Source of the DNA: Eledone cirrhosa
Lineage: Eukaryota
Length of the DNA: 64,000 nt
Assembly (NCBI GenBank): GCA_964016885.1
Contig: OZ024744.1
Span: 66,340,001 to 66,404,000 of the forward strand
Direction: 5' to 3'
The notes under the pieces are model-generated. The model had not been told where the DNA came from and did no database searches. It was given only the letters and a program-made list of their open reading frames with translations. Position numbers and translations under genes: made by a program. Numbering within the stretch: position 1 is the stretch's first letter; every line of letters starts with the position of its first letter. Shown piece by piece: positions 25,444-39,452 of the stretch.

Positions 25444-26753
25444 CAGGGTGTAGACGATATTTGTTCGCAATTTTCAACTACTAATTTTATGCAAATTTTT
25501 TTTTTTCCCGTTGTTACTCTTGTCTTCATAAAAACAGTGACTATATTTTTCCATTATTTATTTTCAGAATAGTTGATTATGAATAATTTTGAACCTCCAA
25601 ATTTGTGGAAGAGACATGGAATTCTTCTTGGAATCCGCGCCGAGAGGACAAATAAGGAAATTTCAGACTTTCTCAGCGTCAGCAGGAGAATGGTGGAAAA
25701 TATCAGAAAGGAATTTGAAGATTCAGGATTCGACTATGAAGCAACATCAGAGAGGAAAACACATGATCAGCGATCTGACACCTTCAGAATGCCCGAGTTC
25801 GTCGCTGAAGTTCAGGATATCATCAACAATGAACCTAGCAAGTCGATGTGTGCCATTGCAAGGGAGAAAAGCGTGGATGAAAAGCTCATTAAACTGGTGG
25901 TACATGAAGACATTCGCTACGTTTCATACAAGATGAGGAAAGGACAATTTCTGTCAAAGGTGATGCAAGAAAAGCGACTGAAGCACGCAAAGAAGTTGAT
26001 CAATAAGTTGAAACACCCACTGGAGCCAGACATGCTATGGTTTTTCTCCAACAAGAAAAACTTCTGCCAAGACCAGAAGATCAACTCCCAGAACAACAGG
26101 TGGCTTGTTGTCTTATCCAAAGACGTTCCCAGAGTCATGCAGACAAAGTTTCCAGCGACAACATTGGTCTTAGGTGTCGTCAGCAGTCTTAGGTAACATC
26201 ATGCCACCTCACTTCTTCCCTGGGGGCCTCAAGCTGAACACTGATGGCTAGATCCACATTCTGAGCGAGGTAGTAAAGCCCTGGATCGACCAGGTAGCTG
26301 CAGGGAGGCAGTACGTGTGGCAGCAAGACTCAGCACCCTGCCAAACCAGCTGAAAGACCCAAGCCTGGCTGTCAGAGAACAGCGTTGACCACACTTCATC
26401 TGACATCTGGCCTCCCAGCTCACCTGACTGCAACCCCCTCGACTTCTTTGTGTGGAGCGCAGTGGAACGAGACACCAACAGATCTAGCTGCAATACGAAA
26501 GACGATCTGAAGACCAGGATCACAAGTGCCTTTAGGGGTCTAAGTCGGGGGACAGTGAGGCAGGCCTGTAGCCGGTTCCGAGGCCACCTTGAGGCCGTCA
26601 TCAAAGCCAATGGCGGGTTTATCGAGTGAGATCGAAAGAACAAATAATGAAGACAAACTGACCCAAGTTTGATAGATACATCTTAAAAAATAAAACTACT
26701 GTGTTATTTTTTCCTAGACAGTAATCTTGCAAACAAATATCGTCTGTGCCTTG
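25444..26753 (+). mobile_element. Tc1/mariner DNA transposon, DD37D (maT) type, full length but inactivated
   Basis: TA-flanked TIRs CAGGGTGTAGACGATATTTGTTCGCAA / TTGCAAACAAATATCGTCTGTGCCTTG. Confidence 0.9.
25579..26629 (+). pseudogene. DD37D transposase pseudogene
   Basis: N-terminal HTH-like region; FSNKKNF (decayed FSDEK); QQDSAP; WPPSSPDCNPLD with 37 residues counted between the 2nd and 3rd Asp; frameshift near 26190 and internal stops. Confidence 0.9.
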
Positions 26754-26787
26754 TATATGTATATATATATATATAAATACATATATG

Positions 26788-26819
<32 letters not shown>

Positions 26820-26822
<3 letters not shown>

Positions 26823-27357
26823 TGCAGGAGAAGCAGTTGCATTGGTATGGACATGTGATGCATAAAAAGGTGCAGAGCATTAGAAGTCGATGGAAACCGC
26901 GGAGTGGGGAGACCCAAGAAGACCTGGGATGAGGTGATAAAAGCTAACCTTACCCAATTACACCTCTCAAAGGCGATGACACACAACCGAGACCGCTGGT
27001 GTCACGCAGTAATACAGAAGACCCGACCCCCCACGGGTACAAGCCGAAGCTGAAGCATATAGACAATATCCCCCCACACCCTCCCACTCCAAAGTGGTCG
27101 TGGAGGTGCCACGGCAAAAAAGCACGCAGCCCACACTGTAAAGTGGACGTGTAGGTGCCACGGCAAAAAAGCACCCAGCACTCACTGTAAATGAGGTTGG
27201 TGTTAGGAAGGGCATCCAGCTGTAGAAATCAAGCCAAAATCAGTTCTCGTATGAGCAAGACATGGTCAGCCGGCCAGACACTGCCCACAACAGTACAACC
27301 CGTCTAACCCATGCTAGCGTGGAAGAACAGATGTAAAACGGTGATGATGATGATGAT
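26820..27357 (+). mobile_element. RTE LINE 3' end (relative of family A) with two 49-bp modules and (GAT)n tail
   Basis: GVGRPKKTWDEVIK...RDRW coding remnant running into the SINE-type tail. Confidence 0.85.
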
Positions 27358-27375
27358 ATGTATATATATATATAT

Positions 27376-27417
<42 letters not shown>

Positions 27418-27933
27418 AAGGTTAATATATCTGAGGGTACAATGTACCCCCAGAAATACATAGGGTGTCTATGATTTAAGGTGGTTCTATGGTAATAATT
27501 TGATATACCAGAACTTAATATCAAGATAAGCAGAACAAGTAAAATTCAACCAATTTTTCAAAATAAATCAAAATTAATTTACAATTAAAATTAATCAAAA
27601 TTAAAAAATATAATATAAATATTTACCTATTCAAATGGCCCTAACTGTAGAGTTTCACGTTGCAAAACATTAGATATCACATGGATATTAATGGAAAAGC
27701 AAAGATCATCAGAGAAGCATTTTCCTTTCCTAGGGTTAAAAACCCCAGGAACGATAAAATATATGACCTCACTCCAACTAATACAGGTCTGAAAGGTCGT
27801 GAAAGTGACCCATAAATACGTTGGTGTATAGTGAAGGCGGGAAATCGTAGACTTGTTGTCTATGTTCGCTACCAAAAAAAAATTTTTAGCAGCTAGATAG
27901 AACGACAGAATTTTTTCTCTACATAATTGGAGG

Positions 27934-28351
<418 letters not shown>

Positions 28352-28352
<1 letters not shown>

Positions 28353-29183
28353 AAATGAAAGGCAGGTTGTATGATGCCTGCATACGAACAGCAATGTTGC
28401 ATGGCAGTGAGACCTGGGCATTGTGTGCAGAGGATATACGCAGACTAGAGAGGAACGAAGCTTGCATGCTCCGCTGGATGTGTAATAGTAATATACGTGA
28501 ACGGCAAAGCATAAACGAACTAAGGAAAAAATTAGAAATAAGAGGGATCAGATGTTGTTTACTCGAGAGAAGGCTACGTTGGTATGGACACATGATGCGC
28601 ATGAAAGTCGATAGCTGTATAACAAAGTGCAGGGCAATAAAGATAAACGGTAGCCACGGAATAGGCAGACCTAGAAAAACCTGGGACGAGCTGATAAACT
28701 CCGACCTCACACACTTACACCTCTCCAAGACAATGTCACTGGACCGAGACCTTTGGCGGTACTCAGTAATAGAGAAGACCCGCCTTACCTAAATACATAG
28801 TAAAACCTACTACAGCCAGTAGGCATCTCTAACAAAATACACCCCGTCCCACAACCCCCACCCCATCCACACCACCCCCTTCTATGTAAAGTTATGTTGG
28901 TGCCACACCATCCAGGCCGAAACAAATGAGATCGTGTAGGTGTCACGACAAAAAAACACACAGTCCATGCTGTAATGTGGCCGTGTAGGCAACACGGTAA
29001 AAACCTCCCAGACCCACACTGTAAATGTGGTTGGTGTTAGGAAGGGCATCCAACTGTAGAAAACCTGCCAGACAGTCCTATGCAAGCAAGACAATCACTC
29101 TTGCCTCAAGTGGGAATACCCCCGTCCAAACCCATGCAAGCGTGGAACACGGACGTTAAACGTTGATGATGATGATGATGATG

Positions 29184-29184
<1 letters not shown>
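28352..29184 (+). mobile_element. RTE LINE (family A), 5'-truncated
   Basis: [20 protein letters not shown]...RRLRWYGH...GRPRKTW, 3' UTR and (GAT)n tail. Confidence 0.92.
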
Positions 29185-29227
<43 letters not shown>

Positions 29228-29231
<4 letters not shown>

Positions 29232-30281
29232 GGCCGGTGCTCTGGTGCAATAAGTAGCAGCAAGTGCCCACAGAATATTAGCTCATTCCATTGCACAAAT
29301 GGTTCTTTAGAAATAGTGGATACCTTCCATTACTTGGGTGACAAAATCAGCAGTGGTGGAGGGTGCTCCGAAAGTACAGTAGCTAGAGTCAGAACTGGAT
29401 GGAAAAAGTTCAGAGAGCTTATACCACTATTAGCCGCTAAAGGGTTCTCTCTAAAAATGAAAGGCAGGCTGTATGATGCCTGCATACGAACAGCAATGTT
29501 ACATGGCAGTGAGACCTGGGCATTGTGTGCAGAGGATATACGCAGACTGGAGAGGAACGAAGCATGCATGCTCTGCTGGATGTGTAATAGTAATATACGT
29601 GAACGGCAAAGCATAAACGAACTAAGGGAAAAATTAGAAATAAGAGGGATCAGATGTTGTTTACTCAAGAGAAGACTATGTTGGTATGGTCATGTGATGC
29701 GCATGAAAGACGACAGCTGTATAAAAAAGTGCAGGGCAATAAAAATAGACGGTAGCCACGGAGTAGGCAGACCCAGAAAAACCTGGGATGACTTGATAAA
29801 TTCCGACCTCACACACTTACACCTCTCCAAGACAATGTCACTGGACCGAGATCTTTGGCGCTACACAGTAATACAGAAGACCCACCTTACCTAATTACAA
29901 AGTGAAACCTACTACAGTCAGTAGGCACCTCTAACAAAATACATCCCCGTCCCACTACGCCCACCCCATCCACACCACCCCTTTCAATGTAAAGTTATGT
30001 TGGTACCACAACATCCAGTCCGAAATAAATGAGGTCGTGTAGGTGTCACGACAAAGAAACACACAGTCCACGCTGTAATGGGGCCGTGTAGGTAACACGG
30101 TAAAAAATTCCCAGTCCACACTGTAAACGTGGTTGGTGTTAGGAAGGGCATCCAGCCGTAGAAAACCCACCAGACAGTCCTATGCGAGCAAGACAACCAA
30201 TCTTACCTCAAGTGGGAAAACTCCCGTCCAAACCCATGTAAGCGTGGAAGATGGACGTTAAACGATGATGATGATGATGAT
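29228..30281 (+). mobile_element. RTE LINE (family A), 5'-truncated tandem copy
   Basis: VDTFHYLGDKI...ARVRTGWKKFREL...GSETW, 3' UTR and (GAT)n tail. Confidence 0.92.
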
Positions 30282-30416
30282 ATATACAATGTAGGAGGTG
30301 AGCTTTATTGTAGTACAATAAAGCAATGCAGATATCGGATAAGTAGCACTCTACAGTTTGTAGGACTGGAGTATAAATAATATAAGATCAAAGGATGGTT
30401 AAAAGAGTTCCATGTA

Positions 30417-30483
30417 TTTTATTATGCGCATTTCAAAAACAAATATCATCATGAGATGACATTTGCGTTTTCGTCAGATAAAA
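30417..30483 (-). ncRNA. Minimal type-I hammerhead ribozyme motif with long stem II
   Basis: Minus strand: UUUUAU CUGACGA AAACGCAAAUGUCAUC-UCAU-GAUGAUAUUUGUUUUU GAAA UGCGCA UA AUAAAA. Confidence 0.8.
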
Positions 30484-30624
30484 TAGGGAGACATGATATG
30501 AAGGTTAAAAAACACTTGTGAATAGTGCAATTTTAAATCAACATATCATGTTGATACGTTGATTTAAAACTGCACTATTCACAAGTGTTTTTAACCTTCA
30601 TATCATGTCTCCCTATTTTATCTG
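30475..30624. repeat. Fold-back palindrome (~73-bp arms)
   Basis: CAGATAAAATAGGGAGACATGATATG... is the reverse complement of ...CATATCATGTCTCCCTATTTTATCTG. Confidence 0.95.
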
Positions 30625-30699
30625 TTGCGTGTGTTTCTTATTGGCAACATGACCCTCCCAAAGTATAACAATATATATATATATGTATATATATATATT

Positions 30700-30750
<51 letters not shown>

Positions 30751-30766
30751 GTATATATATATATAT

Positions 30767-30798
<32 letters not shown>

Positions 30799-31190
30799 AT
30801 ATATATGTATGTATATATATGTATATATATATTATATCATCATCATCATCATCATCATCATCAACGTTTAACGTCCGTGTTCCACGCTTGCATGGGTTTG
30901 GACGGGGGTTTTCCCACTTGAGGCAAGAGTGATTGTCTTGCTCGCATAGGACTGTCTGGCAGGTTTTCTACTATATATCATATATATATGTGTATATATA
31001 TATATATACATAAAAATATATACATACATACATCCGAAATATGTATAATAAATGTAATTGATAAAAAGAACATCTATTTTATTAATATTTATTTTTTCAT
31101 AGAGTGCTTCCAATCTACGGTAAAACTCATTATTTGATATACTCATTGAATCTTTGAATATTGTTTAACTCTTTAATATATTAATATATC

Positions 31191-31228
<38 letters not shown>

Positions 31229-31370
31229 ACATACATATATACATACATACATAAATAAATAAATACAGACATGCATACATACATATATATATATATCATA
31301 TACATATATATATATATATAAATATATATATGTACATACATATATACATACATACATAAATACACACATG

Positions 31371-31433
<63 letters not shown>

Positions 31434-31451
31434 TCATTATATATATATATT

Positions 31452-31676
31452 GTTATGCTTTGGGAGGGTCATGTTGCCAATAAGAAACACACAACACACG
31501 CACCAGTTGCTTTCACTTCAATTTATTATAAATTAAATTTATAAATTTAGGAATTTATAAATTTCCGGTTGGTTGGTTCCACAACCAGACGATTGTTCAT
31601 ATATTGTCAAAGTTGTTTCGTCACACATTCTTTTCTTTGTTTTTGTGCCTCTCCTTTGTTCTGTCCTACGCCATCT

Positions 31677-31680
<4 letters not shown>
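31452..31680 (-). mobile_element. Probable LTR 3'-end fragment
   Basis: Minus strand ends AATAAA...CATGACCCTCCCAAAGCATAACA against (TA)n; the same terminus occurs at 30625-30670 (+), 18650 (-) and 34837 (-). Confidence 0.5.
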
Positions 31681-31722
<42 letters not shown>

Positions 31723-32059
31723 TACAATAGTACATAAAGTGAAAGAGTGTTTGTGAATATTATTGGAATAAAAGAACATGAGGTGGAAAAGAACGATTGA
31801 AAAGTTGTTTGTTCCAGAGGCAGCTTATGTAAACAACTGAAGCAACACATAACTGGAGCAATGGATTTATATGAAAAAATACAGGACTTAAGTAAGAGTA
31901 ATGGAAACCTTTATTGATGGCTACACAATTGCAAAGAGATTAGATTATAAACTATGTTCAACATACACTGATATAAAGTGAAAATGAAAGTGAACATGAA
32001 AATGAAACATATAACAGAAGAGATAAATATTTCTGTTGTATGTATTTTGAGATATATAT

Positions 32060-32395
32060 GGAGGCACATGGTTAGAGCATTGGCCTTGCAATTGAAAGGT
32101 TGTGAGTTCAATTCTCAGACCGGGTGATGTGTTGTTTCCTTGAGCAAGACACTTTATTTTACATTGCTCCAGTTTACTCAGCTGTAGAAATGAGATGATA
32201 GGGACTGGCGTCCCTATCATTCCACTACAAAGTGGTCGTGGAGGTGCCATGGCAAAAAAGCACCCAGCACTCACTGTAAATGAGGTTGGTGTTAGGAAGG
32301 GCATCCAGCTGTAGAAATCAAGCCAGAATCAGTTCCCGTCCCACCCTGGCAAGCAGGGAAAAGTGGACGTAAAATGATGATGATGATGATGATGA
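32060..32395 (+). mobile_element. tRNA-derived SINE with RTE-derived tail
   Basis: Pol III-like head (TGGTTAGAGC...GAGTTCAATTC), CCTTGAGCAAGACACTT core, 49-bp module and an RTE-B-like 3' end with (GAT)n. Confidence 0.9.
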
Positions 32396-32667
32396 AATCA
32401 AATAAGAAACCTGGAGGTGATGGTGGTGGGAGACGAGGTGGTGGTAGTGGTCATTCACAAAGCATATACAGCAATTACAAAAACTAAAAGAATCACCCAA
32501 AAAATATTATGACATGAATATATCTGGGTATATATAAATACATAAGGCTTGGTGGGTGGGGTGAGGCAGATATTGGTAGGAAATTAGTGGAACAGCAAGG
32601 AATGGCAAGCAGTTATCTGAAAGGAATCTACTAGTTCTATTCAAAGTGTTCTCTGAGATTAATATAT

Positions 32668-32719
<52 letters not shown>

Positions 32720-32900
32720 GTTTCTACTTTTGGCACAAGGCCAGCAATTACCCAGTGTATTACTGGTACTTTATTTTATCGACCCCCGTAAGGATGAAAG
32801 GCAAAGTTAACCTCGGCGGGATTTGAACTCAGAACGTAAAGGAACGTAACTATGGTAGAAAGCATGGTGTCCGACCTTCTACCGATTATATATATAATAT

Positions 32901-32995
<95 letters not shown>

Positions 32996-32997
32996 AT

Positions 32998-33029
<32 letters not shown>

Positions 33030-33138
33030 ATATATATATACATATATATATACATATATACATATATATATATATTTATATATATATATATATATATAAT
33101 ATATATATATTATATATATATATATAATATATATATAT

Positions 33139-33170
<32 letters not shown>

Positions 33171-33239
33171 ATATATTATATATATATATATATTATATAT
33201 TATATATATATATATTATATATTATATATATATATATAT

Positions 33240-33292
<53 letters not shown>

Positions 33293-33567
33293 ATATATAT
33301 TATATATATATATATATTATATATATATATATTATATATATATATATATTATATATATATATATTATATATATATATATATTAATATATATATTATATAT
33401 ATATATTATATATATTATATATGTATATATATTATATATATTATATATATATATATAATATATATATATATAATATATATATATATATAATATATGTATA
33501 TATAATATATATATATAATATATATATATATATAAATTATATATATAATATATATATATATATAAAT

Positions 33568-33607
<40 letters not shown>

Positions 33608-33655
33608 TATATATAATATATATATATATAATATATATATATATATATAATATAT

Positions 33656-34273
33656 ACAATTAAGTTAAAAATGTACATCCACATATGTATACTGAAATAT
33701 TAGTATGCATATGAATACACACACGTGTACATATGTAGATGTACCGAGTTTTTCACTGGACACTTTACTGTGAGTGTTCAGCTATTCTGTATGTAAACAC
33801 ACAGACAAACCGGTTTTTAGAGTCATACTGGTTTTCGAGGAAACACCTTTCCTCTATTCTCCAGAAAGCTAGACAGGAATATTGGACTAGTTTCGATGTT
33901 GTTACATCTCATCAGCAATATTTACCTATTCCGGCCTTTCTAGAGAATCGTAAAAGCACATATCGTTATATGCTTTTTCTATGAAAATTAGTAGTGGGCA
34001 GACTAATTTGCATAGAGCGTGAGTACGTACCGGTTCAGCGGAGACGATAAAAACAAATAACGAAACGAAATTAAATTTCGCTTCGTTTGTAACTCACTTT
34101 TGTATGACTGACGCTTAAACAATTAAGTTAAAAATGTACATCCACATATGTATACTGAAATATTAGTATGCATATGAATACACACACGTGTACATACGTA
34201 GATGTACCGAGTTTTTCACTGGACACTTTACTATGAGTGTTCAGCTATTCTGTATGTAAACACACAGACAAAC
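33656..34273 (-). mobile_element. Retrozyme/Penelope-pLTR-like module: 463-bp unit with 155-bp terminal direct repeat
   Basis: 33656-33810 is repeated at 34119-34273; contains a hammerhead motif; (TA)n on both sides; no recognisable ORF. Confidence 0.7.
33878..33922 (-). ncRNA. Minimal type-I hammerhead ribozyme motif
   Basis: Minus strand: AAUAUUG CUGAUGA GAUGU-AACA-ACAUC GAAA CUAG UC CAAUAUU; stems I and II are perfect and the cleavage triplet is GUC. Confidence 0.9.
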
Positions 34274-34275
34274 AC

Positions 34276-34415
<140 letters not shown>

Positions 34416-34495
34416 AATTATATATATATATATATAAATTATATATATATATATATAATATATATATATAATATATATATATATAATATATATAT

Positions 34496-34541
<46 letters not shown>

Positions 34542-34612
34542 TCATCATCATCATCATCAACATCAAGATCATCATTATTTTACGTCCACTTTTCCCTGCT
34601 TGCAAGGGTGGG

Positions 34613-34704
<92 letters not shown>

Positions 34705-35197
34705 GGCCGGAGTTATTAACTTATGAATGGTTGGATAGACAAATGGACAGACTAAGGGATAGAGGGACGGATGAACAGATGGCTAGCAGGCCAGCATGAT
34801 GGATAGGCAAATAGACATGAATAAGTATATATATATTGTTATACTTGGGGAGGGTCATATTTGTGTAATATTGCCAGAATCAATAACAGAACACATATCA
34901 TCATTAAACACTAATATATATGTAGATACATATGTGTATAATACATATACGTATATATATAACCCATGATATCATGATAAATTGGATGTTAAATGATGTT
35001 GATGATGATGATGATGTATACATATGTACGAATGTCATCATCATCATCATCACCTTTTAACGTCCTTTTTCCCATGACAGCATGGGTTAGACGGGTTTTG
35101 TCTAGTTTGAGGCAAATTGGGTCTGGTGACCCTTTCTTGCCTGTACAGAACTGTTTCTGGCTTTGTTTCTATGACTGGATGCCCTTCCTAATGCCAA

Positions 35198-35267
<70 letters not shown>

Positions 35268-35284
35268 TATATAACATTAAACAG

Positions 35285-36865
35285 TGATGATGATGATGAT
35301 CATCATCATCATCATCAGCATCATCATTTTACGTCCGCCTTTCCCTGCTTGCCAGGGTGGGATGGGTCTTATTCAGCACAGCATCTCTCCACTCGTCACG
35401 GTCCTTCGTCATCTCCACCGTGAGCTTCAGCGGTCTGAGATCTGTTCTCACCACCTCCGCCCATGTTTTTCGTGGTCTACCTCTACTGCGTTTTCCTTCT
35501 ACTGGGATTTCATGGCACTTCTTTACCCAGCGGTCATCCTCCATGCACATCACATGTCCATACCATCTCAGCCTTGTCTCCTGCACACCACAACTTATCC
35601 CTCTTATACCCAGTTTCTTTCTCAACTCGTCTATGCTTAGTCGTTCACGCACATTTACATTGCACATCCAACGGAGCATGCTTGCTTCATTTCTCTCCAG
35701 CCATCGCATATCTTCTGCCGTTGCTGCCCATGTCTCACTACCATGAAGCATCGTGCATCTCACACAGGCATCATATAATCATCCTTTCGTATGCAGGGAG
35801 AAACCCTTCTTTGTCAACAGAGGAAGCAGCTCCCTAAACTTCTTCCAACCCGTCCTTATTCTAGATACTATGGCCTCAGAACCCCCCCCCCCCTTCCCAT
35901 GCTAATCTGATCATCTAGGTACCGGAAGCTATCAACCACTTCCATAGAATCCGCCTGCATTGGAAAAATGTTTCTATCACTGCGATTACTACTGCCAACT
36001 TTCCCTGTACATCTACTGCATACGTAGTTTTCCCTACATGTTAGTTTGCCTGCTATCCCACATCTCTTGTGTACCCAAGATGTGCATTGCATACATTTTA
36101 TGGAACTTATGCCAGCTCCTTTCCTACATATCGAACATGGCCATTTCCCTGATGGAATCGGGCTGAGGACCGAACCCTGATGTACACCTACTTGTATCTG
36201 GAATTCCTCACTAAACTCCATTCCTATTCTCACTTTACTGACAGCACCCTTGTTCATAGCTTGCACTGTCCTCACAAACCATTCCTCTACACCTAGTTTC
36301 TTTAGGGACCACCAGATGACAAATCTTGGTACCCTATCAAAGGCCTTCTCTAGGTCAACAAAAGCTAAGTATTCTCTCTAAGAACCTCTCTTGTAGTTGC
36401 CTCACTAAGAAGAGCGCATCTGTTGTACTTATCCGAGGCACAAAACTGCATCTCATCTAATTTGACCCTTTCTCTAATCAGTTGCGCCAATATTCTCTCT
36501 GCCACTTTCATAATCTGATCCATCAGCTTTATGCCCCTATCATTGCTCCCCTCTAGAGCAATTTGTAGCAATTTATAAGAATACTGCTGCACCAGTCTTT
36601 GGGTATGACACCACCATATATAGCTTGATTGATGATGCGTGCAACCAGTTTAGTGTCTACGTCCCCGGATGCCATCAGTACCTCAGGAACTATCCCCGAT
36701 GGTCCAGCAGCCTTACCATTCTTCATTTCCTTAATTGCCTCTTGGACCCTATATTCGTCAATCTCAATAGCTGGTCCCTCTGTCGGATCTACTGGGGGTA
36801 ATTTCTCTCTCTCCCATTCGTTCTCCACATTCATCAGTCTCTCATAATGACATTTCCAGGCCTCC
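35285..36865 (-). pseudogene. RTE LINE (family B) ORF remnant with internal deletion and (GAT)n tail
   Basis: KNGKAAGPSGI, VDLEKAFDRVP, GVHQGSVLSP joined directly to [23 protein letters not shown]. Confidence 0.9.
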
Positions 36866-37070
36866 TTTTTTTTTTTTAATATAAATAAACATATCTAGAC
36901 AGACGGAGAGAGAGAGAGAGAGAGAGATGTGCAAATATCAGTAGAATAAGGGGTTGGCATTAGGAAGGACGTAATGCTTTAAATTACTGCCTCAATATGT
37001 CTTGTCCAACCCATGCCAGCATGAGAAAGCAAATACAAAAATTATGCTGATTATGATATATATATATATA

Positions 37071-37157
<87 letters not shown>

Positions 37158-38116
37158 ATAGAGTTATGGTTAGTAATTTGGTGTTTTGAACAAACGAGGA
37201 AAAAGAAAAAAAAGACTCACTTTTATCACAACAATAAAAAGTTAGCTTACATCAGCCAGTATAATCATGAAACGAGTTAACAAATATAATATACAACCCA
37301 ATAGATATGACATATCCTCACCACCATCACACCACAACACCACCAACCTACAATACCACCTCCACACCACCAACAACAACAACAACAACAACATCCCAAC
37401 TATCCCCAAATAATAATAAAAAGACAAGAAAAAACAAAACAAAGAAAAACCTCACAAATATTACAATTAGAGAAGATACTTGAAATGGCCGTAAAATATA
37501 AAGATTTTTTGAAAATGTTAGCAATGAAAATATGGACAACAAAACCCATGTATAGTTGCCATAACAACTGGAATCCACCCCCACATCTCCCTCTCACTGT
37601 CTCTGTCTCTCTCTCTCTCTATATATATATATGCATATATATATATATCAGGGTATTCCCCAAAAAATGTATATACACTTTGATTAGAATGCTGTTGAAG
37701 TGTATATAAACATGTATGTATATATATATTTGTGTATATATATATATATATATAAATATATATATGTGTATATATATATATAAACATATATGTGTATATA
37801 TATATGTGTATATACATGTGTATATACATGTATATGTATATATATATATATATAAACATATATGTGTATATATATGTATATATATATATATATAAACATA
37901 TATGTGTATATATATGTGTATATATATATATATATATATAAACATATATGTGTATATATATGTATATATATATATATATATATCATCATTTTACGTCTGC
38001 TTTTCCCTGCTTGCAAGGGTGGGACATATGTATATATATATATATTTATATATATATGTATATATATGTGTGTGTATATATATATAAATATATATATATA
38101 TGTGTGTGTGTATATT

Positions 38117-38151
<35 letters not shown>

Positions 38152-38334
38152 ATCATCATCATCATCATCGTTTAACTTCCATATTCCACGCTTGCATGGG
38201 TTTGGACGGGAGTTTTCCCACTTGAGGCAAGAGTGGTTGTCTTGCTCGCATAGGACTGTCTGGCGGGTTTTCTACGGCTGGATGCCTGTGTGTATATGTA
38301 TATATGTATATATATATATGTGTGTGTGTATGTA

Positions 38335-38475
<141 letters not shown>

Positions 38476-38582
38476 GTATATGTATATATGTATATACACA
38501 AATATAAATTAGCGAGAATCGTATTTCGGTTATTGGAAATTAACGAAAAACAACTTCCTATATATATATATATATATATATA

Positions 38583-38640
38583 TGTAAGTATGTATGTATA
38601 CGTACATACATACATATATGTATACAGACGTACAGTAGCA

Positions 38641-38680
<40 letters not shown>

Positions 38681-39160
38681 TATACACATATGCATACAGG
38701 TACACATACATATATGCACGCATCAGTTTAGCCGACGTTTATTATAACGCCTGCTTTGTTCGTTTGTTTGTCAACAAATCGAACAGCCTGAATTTATGCC
38801 ATACGGTGTTAAGGCAACCACGTCACCTTTTTGTTCAACACTGACACAGGAACGATGTACTAGTTTCAAGCTTGTTAGTTATCATCAGCACCGTTTACCC
38901 ATCTGCCAGATAGTTGAACGTTCGAAAGTATATACTTTCCTTATGAAAATTAACGGCATAAATTCAGGCTGTTCGATTTGTTGACAAACAAACGAACAAA
39001 GCAGGCGTTATAATAAACGTCGGCTAAACTGATGCGTGCATATATGTATGTGTACCTGTATGCATATGTGTATATATATGTATATATATATATATATATA
39101 TGCATGCTACTGTACGTCTGTATACATATATGTATGTACGTATACATACATACTTACATT
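38583..39160. repeat. Inverted repeat (~200-bp arms) enclosing a hammerhead motif
   Basis: 38583-38800 is the reverse complement of 38966-39160. Confidence 0.9.
38851..38895 (-). ncRNA. Hammerhead ribozyme motif, diverged homologue of 33878-33922
   Basis: Minus strand: AACGGUG CUGAUGA UAACU-AACA-AGCUU GAAA CUAG UA CAUCGUU; core intact, stem II has two mismatches. Confidence 0.7.
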
Positions 39161-39215
39161 TAAGTAAGTGCCATACTAAGAGTGAGAAATGAAATTTCGT
39201 TTTCATTTTTTTCAA

Positions 39216-39290
<75 letters not shown>

Positions 39291-39452
39291 GTCCAGAATT
39301 AGCCGTCGAAACGGCTTGAGCTCAGCTGTCGGGGTCTTACTGGTTCCTATTACCCACTCTACTACCTCAAGTATTGAGTACTTTGGTGCGTTATGGTCCA
39401 CCTGGTTCCTTACCACATTTCCTTCGTTATATATATATATATATATATATAT

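Noticed and set aside
27627-27900. CRVSRCKT as a Penelope zinc-knuckle linker
   Set aside because: The second Cys pair and downstream GIY-YIG motif are absent, so similarity is too weak.
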